Assembly: GCF_018977255.1 (NCBI RefSeq)
Contig: NW_024704742.1
Coordinates: 103,294,001 to 103,358,000 of the forward strand
DNA length: 64,000 nucleotides
Source of the DNA: Callorhinchus milii
Taxonomy: Eukaryota
Direction: 5' to 3'
Under the pieces are notes generated by a model. The model made no database searches and was not told the DNA's origin. It worked only from the letters and a program-made list of their open reading frames with translations. The number at the start of each line of letters is the position of its first letter. Position 1 is the first letter of the stretch. A program made the translations under genes and the position numbers. Shown in pieces: positions 50,623-61,317 of the stretch.

Positions 50623-50816
50623 CTGAAATAGAATAGCACATTAGGATACATGGATCCTAAGTTACTGCTGTGTGTGAGTTCCTCGCACACAAGGACAGTG
50701 CCTTCTCCCATTGTAGCCCATACATCAGGGTACTCACCATGAGTCAATGGAGCACTATCAGTAGCCTGGCACCAGGTCTGTATTCAACCAACCTTTGGTG
50801 GTACTGCCCATTCAAA

Positions 50817-51180
50817 AACAACAACGACAACAACAAATTGCACTTGTATAGCACCTTCCATGCAAAGTAGCATCTCAGAGCACTTAACAGTGGCGGAGCC
50901 TGACTCAGAGCCAGGGGGGAGTTGGCCATCAGCACGATCAAAGTTAAAGTTTTTCACGCAGGACTTGAAAAAGGAGAGAGAGGGCGCAAGGTGGAGGGAT
51001 TGAGGGAGAGTGTTCCAGAGTTTCGGGGCGTAGTGGCTGACAGTGCAATGTGCGATGGTGGAGTGGAGGGTGCGAGGGACGAGCAGGAGGCCGGTGCCAG
51101 TCGAGCGGAGGCATTGGATTGGGGAGTGAGGAGCTCAGAGAGGTAAGGAGGTGCCAGAGAGTAAAGGGATTTGAACATTC
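50817..51180 (-). mobile_element. L2 3' end (tail type B)
   Basis: FKSLYSLAPPYLSELL; AACAACAAATTGCACTTGTATAGC. Confidence 0.88.
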
Positions 51181-51331
51181 AATCCCTCTCCCCTTTCAAC
51201 CTCCTGCCCCACTCTTCCCTCTCCCTACCTCTTTTCCAAGCCCTAAGCCAGCCCCTATTTCCCCACTCACACCCACACAACTTTGACATAATGGTTGCCA
51301 TGAAGCCAATCTGAAATTTCAGCACCACTGT

Positions 51332-51715
51332 TATAATAATAATAGTAATCCTTGCATTTGATATAGTGCCTTATCACTTACCACATTTTTGAAACATTTC
51401 AAAGTGCTTCACAGAATATATTGTAATGTAGATTAATGGTGTATTTTTGTGGGCAAAACGCAGCAGGCAATTGCGCAGAGCAGTGCTCCACAAATAGTCG
51501 TGGATTGAAGTGACCAATTTATTATTTTTTTTGAAGGACTTATTACCTCCAGAAAAGCGATCTGCCAATCGACTAACAGCTGTGTTCCTACTTATTGCTG
51601 GGTAAACAGAGGGGTGTGGAGTAGGGAACTTGCCCAACATTTTGCCCTGCTGAGAATCGAACCCAGGTCTCTTCCTTGCGAGGTGAGTGCTCTAACCATT
51701 GACCTACAGGACTCC
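51332..51715 (-). mobile_element. Full-length tRNA-SINE, long variant
   Basis: Head ...CTACAGGACTCC at right, (AAT)n tail at left; ACTGT duplicated on both flanks. Confidence 0.92.
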
Positions 51716-52218
51716 ACTGTCCTCCACTATTCCGAGATATTGGTACCTCGCAATCTTTATCAGTCAGTAAAAAGGAATCAAGACCTGCTGCTGTGTAATG
51801 GATAGGTTAACCAGACTGAAGCCTCTTCAGGAGTAATGTTTCCACAGCAGTGATCAAATTATTATTTTTTTGTTGTTACATCTCCTCAGTCATAATAAAA
51901 ATTACATACAATGATACAGCATGAAAACTGACCAATGCATGCAGGTGTCTGTATCCCACACAAAAACAACAACAACAAAATTACATCCTCCCACCCCTTC
52001 TATTGCCCTCCCCTATACCCTGCTATTCCCTTCTCTCTCATGTATACATTTTTCCAGAACACTTGCCTCACAAGCAAGAGATCTGGGTTCAATTTCCGGC
52101 AGGTAGAAATGTTGGGCCAACTTTCCTTACTCCACATGCCTCTGTTTACCTAGCAGTAAGTAGCAATCTGGTTGTTAGTCGATTGGCGGATCACTTTTCC
52201 GGGGTTAATAATCCCTTC

Positions 52219-54709
52219 CACCTTCATCTCCGATATTTCTACACTACTTACATTTCTCTGCCTCTGCTCTGATCGTCTCATCATCCTGGGCAACTTCAAC
52301 CTGCACTTCAACCCCTCCTGCTCCATCTCCTCGGACTTCTCTTCCCTGCTCTCCTCTTCCTCCACATCAATTCCCCCACTCACAGTCACGGCCACCCACT
52401 CGATTTGGTGATCACCCGGGGCCTCAGTGTCTCGGATGTCACCATTACCGACAAGGCCGGCTACGATCACCACTTCATCTTCTTCACCACCTCCACCCCC
52501 CTCCCCACCTCCACCAGACCCACCACCATCTTCTACCGCCCCTGGAAGAAGTTACCCCCACAATCCCTAACCGCTGCCTTCGAGTCCTCTGAACTCCTCT
52601 CCCACTGGCCTTCAACCCTCACTGACCCCTCTTCTCCTCTCGCCCTCCTCCACAACACCCTCCCCTCCACACTCGATACTCTTGCCCCAATCACCTCCCA
52701 TACCATCTCCTACTCTCGCTCCTCCCCCTGGTTCACCACTCAACTCCGCTCACTGAAGAGCCAGGTGCGGGCCGCTGAACGCACCTACCTCAAATCTGGC
52801 CTAACGGTCCACCGACAAATCTGGCTGGACCTCCTCAAAATTTACCGCTCCACTCTAGCCTCTGCCAAGTCGTCCTTCTACTCCAGGATAATCCTGGAAG
52901 TGAAGAACAACCCCAGGCTTCTGTTTTCTACCACATCCCGACTCCTCCAACCCCCCGCCACCCCGCACAGGTCATCTCCTCCAACCTTCACTTGTGAGGA
53001 GATGCTGGATTTTCTTGAATCCAAAATCAAGGGAATCCGCTCCGCGGTCACTCCACCTCCAACTTCCACCCACCCCCCACTCCCTCCCTCCCACACTCCG
53101 ACTCCTACCCATCCTCCCCTGCACACCTTCGAACCCGTTTCCCCACCCTCTGTCACCAACCTCACCCTGTCCCTGAAACCCACTACCTGCTCCCTTGACC
53201 CCATCCCCACTCCACTACTTATCTCTCAGCTCCACCTCCTTGCCCCACATATCACAGACATCATCAATGTGTCCCTCTCCTCTGGCTCTGTTCCCATTAC
53301 CCTAAAAACTGCCATCATCACTCCCACTTTGAAAAAACCGTCCCTTGATGCGTCGCAGCTATCAAGCTACTGGCCCATCTCCAACCTCCCCTTCCTGTCC
53401 AAGGTCCTTGAAAGAGTTGTCGCCTCCCAGCTGCGCTCTTTCCTCTCCACCCATTCATTATTCGAACTCCTTCAGTCGGGTTTCCGTGCTGCCCATAGCA
53501 CAGAAACTGCCCTGGTCAAGGTCACCAATGACATCTTGACAATCTGCGACCAGGGCTCCCTCTGCCTCCTCGTCCTCCTCGACCAATCGGCAGCATTCGA
53601 TACGGTCGACCACACTATCCTCCTCCACCGCTTGTCCTCCCACCTCAACCTTCAAGGCCCTGTTCTTGAGTGGTTTAGGTCGTACCTCTCCCACCGTCTT
53701 CACTTTGTTTCCACAAACGGCTTTTCCTCCAGCCCCCGCACTGTCTCATGCGGTGTCCCTCAGGGCTCTGTCCTCGGTCCCCTCCTCTTCACCCTCTATA
53801 TGCTCCCCCTTGGTGACATCATCTGCAGACATGGGGTTAACTTCCACATGTATGCGGATGACACCCAACTCTACCTTTCCTCCTCTACCCTCAACTCCAC
53901 GACCACCGATGTCCTGACAGCCTGCCTGTCTGACATTGAGTCCTGGACAAGAGACAACTTTCTTCAGCTCAACGTGCGCAAAACTGAGGCCCTCCTGATT
54001 GGCTCACGTCAGCGCCTCCGCACCTCAGGCGCTGACAGCATCAGCATCCAAGGCTGCACTCTCCACCTCTCAAAGCCGGTCAGGAACCTTGGGGTTCTGT
54101 TCGACCCTGAGCTGTCCTTTCTTCCTCATATCAGAACTCTGCAGCTCGTGTACTGTCCCGCATCAGGCTTCGCGACCACATCACTCCCACCCTCGCTCAC
54201 CTCCACTGGCTCCCCATCTCCCAGAGGATCGATTTCAAGATCCTCATCCTCACCAACAAGGCCATTCACGGCCTTGCTCCCTCCTACCTCTCCAACCTAC
54301 TATCCCCCTACTTACCTGCCCGTACCCTCCATTCCTCTGGCTCCGGTCTGCTCCACATCCCCCGCCCCAACCGCCCTACCATCGGTGGCCGGGCCTTCAG
54401 CCTCTCAGCCCCCAGGCTCTGGAACTCCATCCCCCAGTGCCTTCTCCGCCTCCTCCCTTTCCTCCTTCAAGGCTGGTCTCAAGACCTTTCTCTTTGACCG
54501 TGCCTTCAGCTCCCCTCTCAACTCTCTACCCCCTCCTTGCCCCCTCCCTTCCCTTCCCTCACCCTGACCATTTCCGCCCTCCTCGCTCCCTCCCTTCCCT
54601 CCCCTCACCCTGATCATTTCCGCTTGCTCGGGTCCTAACCCAACTGTCCAGCGCTTTGGGACGTCCTCCCGATGTGAAAGGCGCGCTATAAATGGAATCT
54701 TGTTGTTGT
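52219..54709 (+). mobile_element. L2 LINE, 2.5 kb, 5'-truncated within the APE domain
   Basis: [20 protein letters not shown] motifs, L2 3' stem-loop, (TTG)n tail. Confidence 0.98.
52405..54567 (+). pseudogene. L2 ORF2 remnant (reverse transcriptase), open for 720 codons but out of native frame after about 54130
   Basis: [61 protein letters not shown]; deletion after LPHI. Confidence 0.95.
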
Positions 54710-54835
54710 ACGTAACAATAATTTGGTCACTCAATCCACGACTGGGTGTGGGACAATGCTGTGTGCAGTTTCGCCCACGAAATATACAGTCAATTCACAT
54801 TGCAGTATATTCTGTGAAGCGCTTTGAAGCATCTT

Positions 54836-55161
54836 ATAATAATAATAATAATAATCCTTGTATTTGATATAACGTTTTTCACGTCGGGAGGACGTCCCAA
54901 AGCGCTTCACAGAACACATTGTAAAGTGAATTAACTGTATATTTGTGGGCGAACGTGGCAGCCAATTGCGCATAGCAATGTCCCACAGACAGTCGTCGAT
55001 TGAAAATGACCAATTTATTATAGTTTTTGGTTTTGGAGGGATTATTATTAGGCTCTGTGTGGAGTAAGGAAATTTGCCCAAGGTTTCGCCCTCTGCCTGG
55101 AATTGAACTCAGGTCTCTCGCTTGCAAAGTGAGTGCTCTAACCACTGAGCTACAGGACTCC
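54836..55161 (-). mobile_element. Full-length tRNA-SINE, short variant, with L2-identical tail loop
   Basis: Head GGAGTCCTGTAGCTCAGTGGTTAGAGCAC; tail GGGACGTCCTCCCGACGTG followed by (ATT)n. Confidence 0.93.
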
Positions 55162-55834
55162 ACATGAAGACATGATAAGGCGTTATGTCAAATGCAAGGA
55201 TTATTATTATTACATCTAGGGCTGCTAGAATTAATTAACCAATTGAATGGAATGGTTTAATGGGGTTATGTCATTAAAATCTGGAAAGGTCCAAGCTGTT
55301 ACCACAGCGACAATGTCCCAGTGTTGAACGCTGTTGAGAAAACTTCAGTACCGTATCTATGGAAGTGGTTTCAGACTGCATTGAGAGCCTAATGAAAACA
55401 TTTTAGCATAATGGATCTTGAAAACAGCCTTGCCACTTCAGCTCAATGCAGAGTTACACTGCTCTGTATTTTGTAATTTGTTTTTCACCTTGACATCAAG
55501 ATACAAAATAATTGGAATACTGCTCCATGCTGGTCTGAGAACATTAAGCTATTTCCAGGGCTCTCTAAGGATTCCATTTTTCTTTCATTTTGTTTGATGT
55601 TGCAAAACAAGAATGTAAACAATTTAATAATAACACAATTTACTTTGATGGTCAAGCAGACCTCAGTTCATATAATTGTCTACCTTAGTCCAAACAGTGG
55701 CTGTAGCATCAAGACATCTCAATATGTAAAGAAGCATTATTGAATTCTATGACAGAATCCAGTGCCAGACAAAATTAATCATTCACTTCATTGTGAATGA
55801 TTACTCAATAAAACCAGGGCTCTCCTGACCCTAT

Positions 55835-56427
55835 ACACACTTTCATTACATTGAGGCTTGACTATGCAAACTCATTGCTTGTTGGCCTCCCCAACTTCTC
55901 CCTCCACAGGCTGCACATCATCCAGAACACTGCAGGCCGCGTCCTCTCCCGCACTAAGCTCCGTGACTCTCGCACAAATCCACTGGCTTCCCATCACACA
56001 GAGGATACAGTTCAAGACCCTGGTCCTCACCTTCAAAGCCCTCCATGGTCTTGCTCGCCCCTACCTCTGCGACCTCCTGGCCCCCTACCATCCTGCTCGC
56101 TCCCTCCGCTCAGCGGGCTCTGGCCTGCTTCACATCCCCCGTCTCGCTGGCCCTCTATTGGCGGGCGGGCCTTCTGCCACTCAGCCACCACCCTCTGGAA
56201 CTGCATCCCTCAGTGCCTCCAACTCGCCCCCTCTCTTACCTCCTTCAAGACCCATCTCATGATCCTCCTCTTTGACTGTGCTTTTGATCGCCCTGCTTCC
56301 CCCCTGCCCTCCACCCTCCCCGACCCTGATCCCCAGCTAGAATCCAAAACTCTGTCTATCCAGTACCTTGGGACGTCCTCCTGATGTGAAAGGCATTATA
56401 CAAATGTAATTTTCTTGTTGTTGTTGT
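55835..56427 (+). mobile_element. L2 3' fragment
   Basis: RLDYANSLLVGLP...IIQNTAGRVL; IHWLPITQRIQFKTLVLTFKALHGLA. Confidence 0.93.
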
Positions 56428-56639
56428 ATTCTGCGCAAATTGGCTGCTATGTATTTGCCTACAAATATAGAGTCACTACACTTTACAATAAGTCCTGGAA
56501 AGCACTTTGAGATGTTTCAGTGACATGATAAGATGCTATATCAAACACAAGGATTATTATTATTAGGCATTTTTTTATTTTCGTGAACCAACAGAAACCC
56601 ACCACATGATTAAAAGTATCCAACCCTAGCTGGGAGTTT

Positions 56640-56798
56640 TCCCTTTTTTCAAGGCAGACCTGAAAACCTTCCTTTTGACCATGCTCATGGCCACCTTTTC
56701 CCACCCAGCTCGGAGTCAGACTCTGCCATTGTTAAGTACTCTGGGACAATTCCCTGCATGGAGGACGCTATATAAGTGCAAGTTGTTATTGTTGTTGT
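56640..56798 (+). mobile_element. L2 3' end (tail type B)
   Basis: GGAGGACGCTATATAAGTGCAAGTTGTTATTGTTG. Confidence 0.8.
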
Positions 56799-58788
56799 TA
56801 CCTAATACCAGAAAGTATTAGGTGCAGTTTGACGAGTGCAAAGTCTTGATCCGATGTTGGGGTACTGCAGGAGTTTACCCAGCTAAAATTGTGTAAAAGG
56901 GTAAGAAAACTCATTGTTCATTCATCTCCCTTTACTTCAAACTGGAGACATTATCCACGTTCATAGTTATCAAGGGTGTTGTAATTTGGTGACTTGGCAA
57001 TTGCACAGGAATAAGAAGTTGCTTAGGCAAAACATACGGAATGAAACAGAATCAATACAATATAACACAGAACACAATACAAAATTTCATTTGTAAAGCG
57101 CCTTTCATGTCAAAAGGACATCCCAAGGTTCTGAACAGGGACTGGGATCAGGGAGGGTGGAGGGCAGAGAGGGGTAGGAGGATAGCCAAAGGATAGTCGA
57201 AGAGGAGGGTCTTGAGGTGTGCCTTGAAGGAGGCAAGGGGTGTGTGATGGGGTCACGGAGCCTGATGCAGGAGAGGACACAAGCTACAGAGTTCTGGATG
57301 ATCTGAAGCTTGTTGAGGGAAGAGCAGGGCACTGGCATAGTCGAGCATGGATGTTATAAAGGCATGTATGAGGGTTTGGTGGCCTGAGGGGTAAGGGAGT
57401 GGCAGAATTGGGCAGCAGGTCATGGCATGGATGTGGGGGAGAAAGGACAACTGAGGGTCAAACAAGATGCCAGGGATCCTGACTGGCTCGGTGAGATGGA
57501 GTGTGCATCCTTGGATGCTGATGCTGCCAGTGCCTGAGGTGCAGAGGCATTGGTGTGAGCCAATCAGGAGATCCTCGGTTGGGCTGATGTTCAACTATAG
57601 AAAGTTAGCTCTCATTCAGGACTTGATGTCTGACAGGCATTCTGTCAAGACAGCAGTGGTCCTGGAACTGAGGGTGGAGGTATAGAAACAGAGTTGGGTA
57701 CATGTGGAAGTTGACCCCATCTCTGCGGATGACGTTACCAAGAGGATGCATGTACAGTTTGAAGAGGAGAGGACCAGAGACAGAGCCCTGAGGAACATCA
57801 CATGAGATGGTGTGGGGGCTGGAGGAGAACCCACTTGTGGAGACAAAGTGGAGTTGGTGAGAGAGGTAAGATCTGAACCATTCAAGGAGCAGGTGGTGGG
57901 CTTCATGCAAGTTATGGTGGTGGTGAGAGAGGAGTAGGAGACAGATTCAAAGGTGTGGAGGGAGGGATGGGTAGGGGCCGGAGTGTGAGAGAGGGATAGG
58001 GAGGAGATGATGCTTGGGAGGGCGGAGGTGGCTGAATGGAGCCCCTCGATTTTGATCTCGAGGAAATCCATCATCTCCTCTGAGTAGGAGGAGAGGATGG
58101 TTGAGGCATGAGATAGTGGATGGAGGAGCCGTTTGGTAGTGGAGAAGAGAAGCCTGAGGTTGTCCTTGGCCTCCAAGATTATCTTGGAATAGAAGGACGA
58201 TTTAGCGGAGGTGAGGGAGGACTGTTAAGTTTTTATGTGGCCCAGCCAGATCTGCCGGTGGACTGTTAAATCAGATTTGAGCCAGGGGTACTCAGCGGCA
58301 CGCACCTGACCTTTGAGTGAGCGGAGGTGGCAGGTATACCAGTTGCATGAATTGGAGATGGTTCGGGAGGTGATAGGGTCAAGGGCATCGAGAATGGTGG
58401 AGGATGAGTCGGTGAGGGAGGTAGGCCAGAATGGGAGGAGTTCGGACTCCAGGGGGGCGGAGAGGGATTGCGGGGAGATTCTTTTCTGGGGCGGTAGGAG
58501 ATGGAGGTGGATTGGATGCTGGTGGGGAGAGGGATTGAGGAGTTAAGGGAGATAAAAGGTTGATCTGAGATGGCTTTTGTGATCAGTGATTGTGAAGTCC
58601 GAGACACTGAGGCCCCGAGTAATCACCCAGTTGAGTGGGTGGCCATGAACGTGGGTGGCAGAGTGGATGTGGAGAAGAGGTTGTGAGAGGAAAGGAGAGA
58701 GGGGAATCAGTAGAGATAGAGCAAGAGGGGTTGAAGTTTAGGTTGAAGTCGCCAAGAACAGAGGCAGAAGGAAGCTAGGAGAGCAGAA

Positions 58789-59490
58789 ATAATAATAATA
58801 ATAATAATTCTTGCATTTGATATAATGCTTTTCACGTCTTGTAGATGTCTCAAAGTGCTTCACAGAAGGAGTCCTGTAGCTCAGTGGTTAGAACACTCGC
58901 CTTGCAAGCGAGACACCTGGGTTCAATTCCAGGCAGGACGAAACCTTGGGCAAGTTTCCTTACTTCACACGCCTGATAATAATCCCTCCAAAAAACAAAC
59001 AAACAATAATAAAATTGGTCATTTTCAATCCACAACTGTTTGTGGGACACTGCTGTGCGCAATTGGCTGCCGCGTTCGCCCACAAATATGGCGTCAATTC
59101 ACTTTATAGCATATTCTGTGAAGCCCTTTGAGACGTCTAGAAGACATGAAAGCGCTATATCAAATGCAAGGATTATTATTATTATTAATATATTGTGAAG
59201 TAAATTGACTGTATATTTGTGGGCGAAACGCAGAAGCCAATTGCGCACAGCAGTGTCCCACAACAGTCATGGATTAAAGTGATCAATTTATTATTATTAT
59301 TTTTTTGAAGGAATTATTACATCCAGAAAAGCCATCCGACAATTGACTAACAACCGGGTTCCTATTTACTGCTAGGTAAACAAAGTTGTGTGGAGTAAGG
59401 AAACTTGCCCAATAATTTGCCCTGCTAGGAATCAAACCCAGGTCGCTCACTTACTAGGCAAGTGCTCCAATCACTGAGCTACAGGACTCC
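58789..59490 (-). mobile_element. tRNA-SINE long variant, split by an opposite-strand SINE
   Basis: Tail 58789-58867, body and head 59187-59490. Confidence 0.92.
58868..59186 (+). mobile_element. Full-length tRNA-Ala-SINE, short variant
   Basis: Head folds as a cloverleaf (GTCCTG/CAGGAC, CTCGC-CTTGCAA-GCGAG, CCTGG/CCAGG), anticodon position TGC. Confidence 0.95.
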
Positions 59491-61317
59491 AGATGTTAGA
59501 GATGAAGGTGGGGCAGTGTTTGGTGGATGATAAATCAGGAGCATTTTGAAGAAAAGATTGGAGGGATGATAGAGGGTTAGGTGCTCAAAGGAGGGGAATG
59601 AGCTGTTGGAGGAAGGGTATAGAGCAAGTGAGGATCTGGAGATGAGGGCCACACCACCACCACGGTGGTTCGGAGTTGGGTTATGGTGGATGGTATAGCC
59701 AGGTGGTGTAGCCTCAGTCAGTGTGATCGCCTGGTTTGATCCAGGTTTCAGTGAGGGCCAGGGAATCGATGTTTTCATCAACGATGATGTCAATATCAGT
59801 AATCACAATATCAAAGATATAACTACCTAAACGTTTCCATACTTGGGTGATTTTGTAATTGCACAATCAGGCATATGAAGTCAAAGGGAATCAGCTACAA
59901 CAGCGTCCATCTGTTTGCAAATAATGCTTGGATGTGATTTAGGAAATTAAACAATGCCAGGATATGATGAAAGGAAATGGTAACAGAGCAGCAGCCAATA
60001 TTCTCCAATTCAGTGGCATCCATTCATGAGAGCAAAGCGAGGTAAACAAAATAAGGATGCGATAGCAGCAAATATTTTATGCATTTATGGAGAAACTGAT
60101 ATGATTACAATAGACAGCAGTGCTTTAGCACTTTCATTACAAATGGTTAAACTTCCCTTATCTTGGAAACCAATGGTTCTGAAATGTTAAATGGTTTTCC
60201 CACAGGCTTGTTGAAGCACATTCAAGATGTACATTCTATATGAAAAGTGTAAAAGTTTCCATCTATTGATTTCTCTTCAGATATCTCCACTTATTTGTCT
60301 ACTTTGTTTGCAAAAGTCAAAAATTATGTAACAGTGAAATGTGAGGCAAGATCTCGGACTGTTATTTCCCTTGATCTTCCTTTTCATGGGTAAAAATATT
60401 TCAATTTTGCTGCAGCCACAGAATGTATTTATCAACATTGAACTGAAGGAAATCCTGTTGGTTGTTAGCCAGAATAGAGGCCCACCAAGTAAATGAGTTT
60501 ACCCTGTATATCTTTTATATTGAGAGAAACGTAGAAAATGTGAAAAGGATTTTGGCCCAACTATCCTTTCTAAACAACAGACAATTTACACCACTGTGGA
60601 TTCTTATCAATAATATTCATTATTTTCAATGTATTTAATCACAAACAAAACTTGCAGGAAGAAAAGATTCCACGAAATACCTGGCTGGTCATTGAAGATG
60701 AAAGACTAGTATCAGTACAGCTCACCGTAAATACACTTCAGGGCTTTTTTTGTTGTCTTGTGTAATGAGGGAATGCACACTTTAGGATGCAATAAGACAG
60801 TAGAATAAGACGACTTAAGTTTAGGGTTGTAAAGGGCAATTTCAGGACAGGCACCAGGAAGGTTTAATGACTAGAACAGGCTGCCAGGCCAGGAACTGGA
60901 CTCATCTAAAAATGGAGGTTGATGTTGTGATGGGAGAATAGTCGAGTGGGTGTTTTGGAAGGATGCAATCAGATGAGCAGAAGGGCCTTCTTCATCCAAA
61001 CTAATCTTCTGATCTTATGATGCCTGTACTTTTAATTGTTATTGAGAGAAATGTAGAAAATGTGAAGCATTTGTGATAACTCAGACAGGTTGGTTATTAA
61101 TCAATGAAGCCTAGGATTACTCACTGGACATATCTCTTCAGGGTTAATTGAAGTGCAGGGAGTAACTCTTAGTGACAATAAAATCTCTGTTCCTTTAGGA
61201 GGGCAGCCAGAAATATTCGACCTCAGCATATTACTTTTATTTGATGACTTTCTAAACTGAACGTTAGGGTTAAAATTGAAAATCTGCATATATTAAAACT
61301 GCTTCAGATTATTTAAT

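Larger units (their letters stand above)
52056..55211 (+). mobile_element. Host tRNA-SINE in three pieces (52056-52218, about 54714-54834, 55162-55211)
   Basis: The pieces rejoin to the same sequence as 24218-24588 and 33967-34335. Confidence 0.85.
57075..59790 (-). mobile_element. Older L2 LINE including the APE N-terminal part, interrupted by nested SINEs at 58789-59490
   Basis: LTETW and RGGGVALI (59491-59790), [29 protein letters not shown]; multiple deletions and frameshifts. Confidence 0.94.

Noticed and set aside
52405..54567. 720-aa ORF as a host or domesticated gene, or as a prokaryotic RT system (retron, DGR, group II intron)
   Set aside because: Standard L2 ORF2 with 5' truncation, internal deletion and L2 tail; related copies occur throughout the window
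58871..58939. tRNA-Ala(TGC)-like cloverleaf (also at 24218, 33967, 51640-51715, 55090-55161, 59420-59490)
   Set aside because: Each is the head of a SINE that continues into a body and (ATT)n tail, and the copies are mutated; they are not tRNA genes
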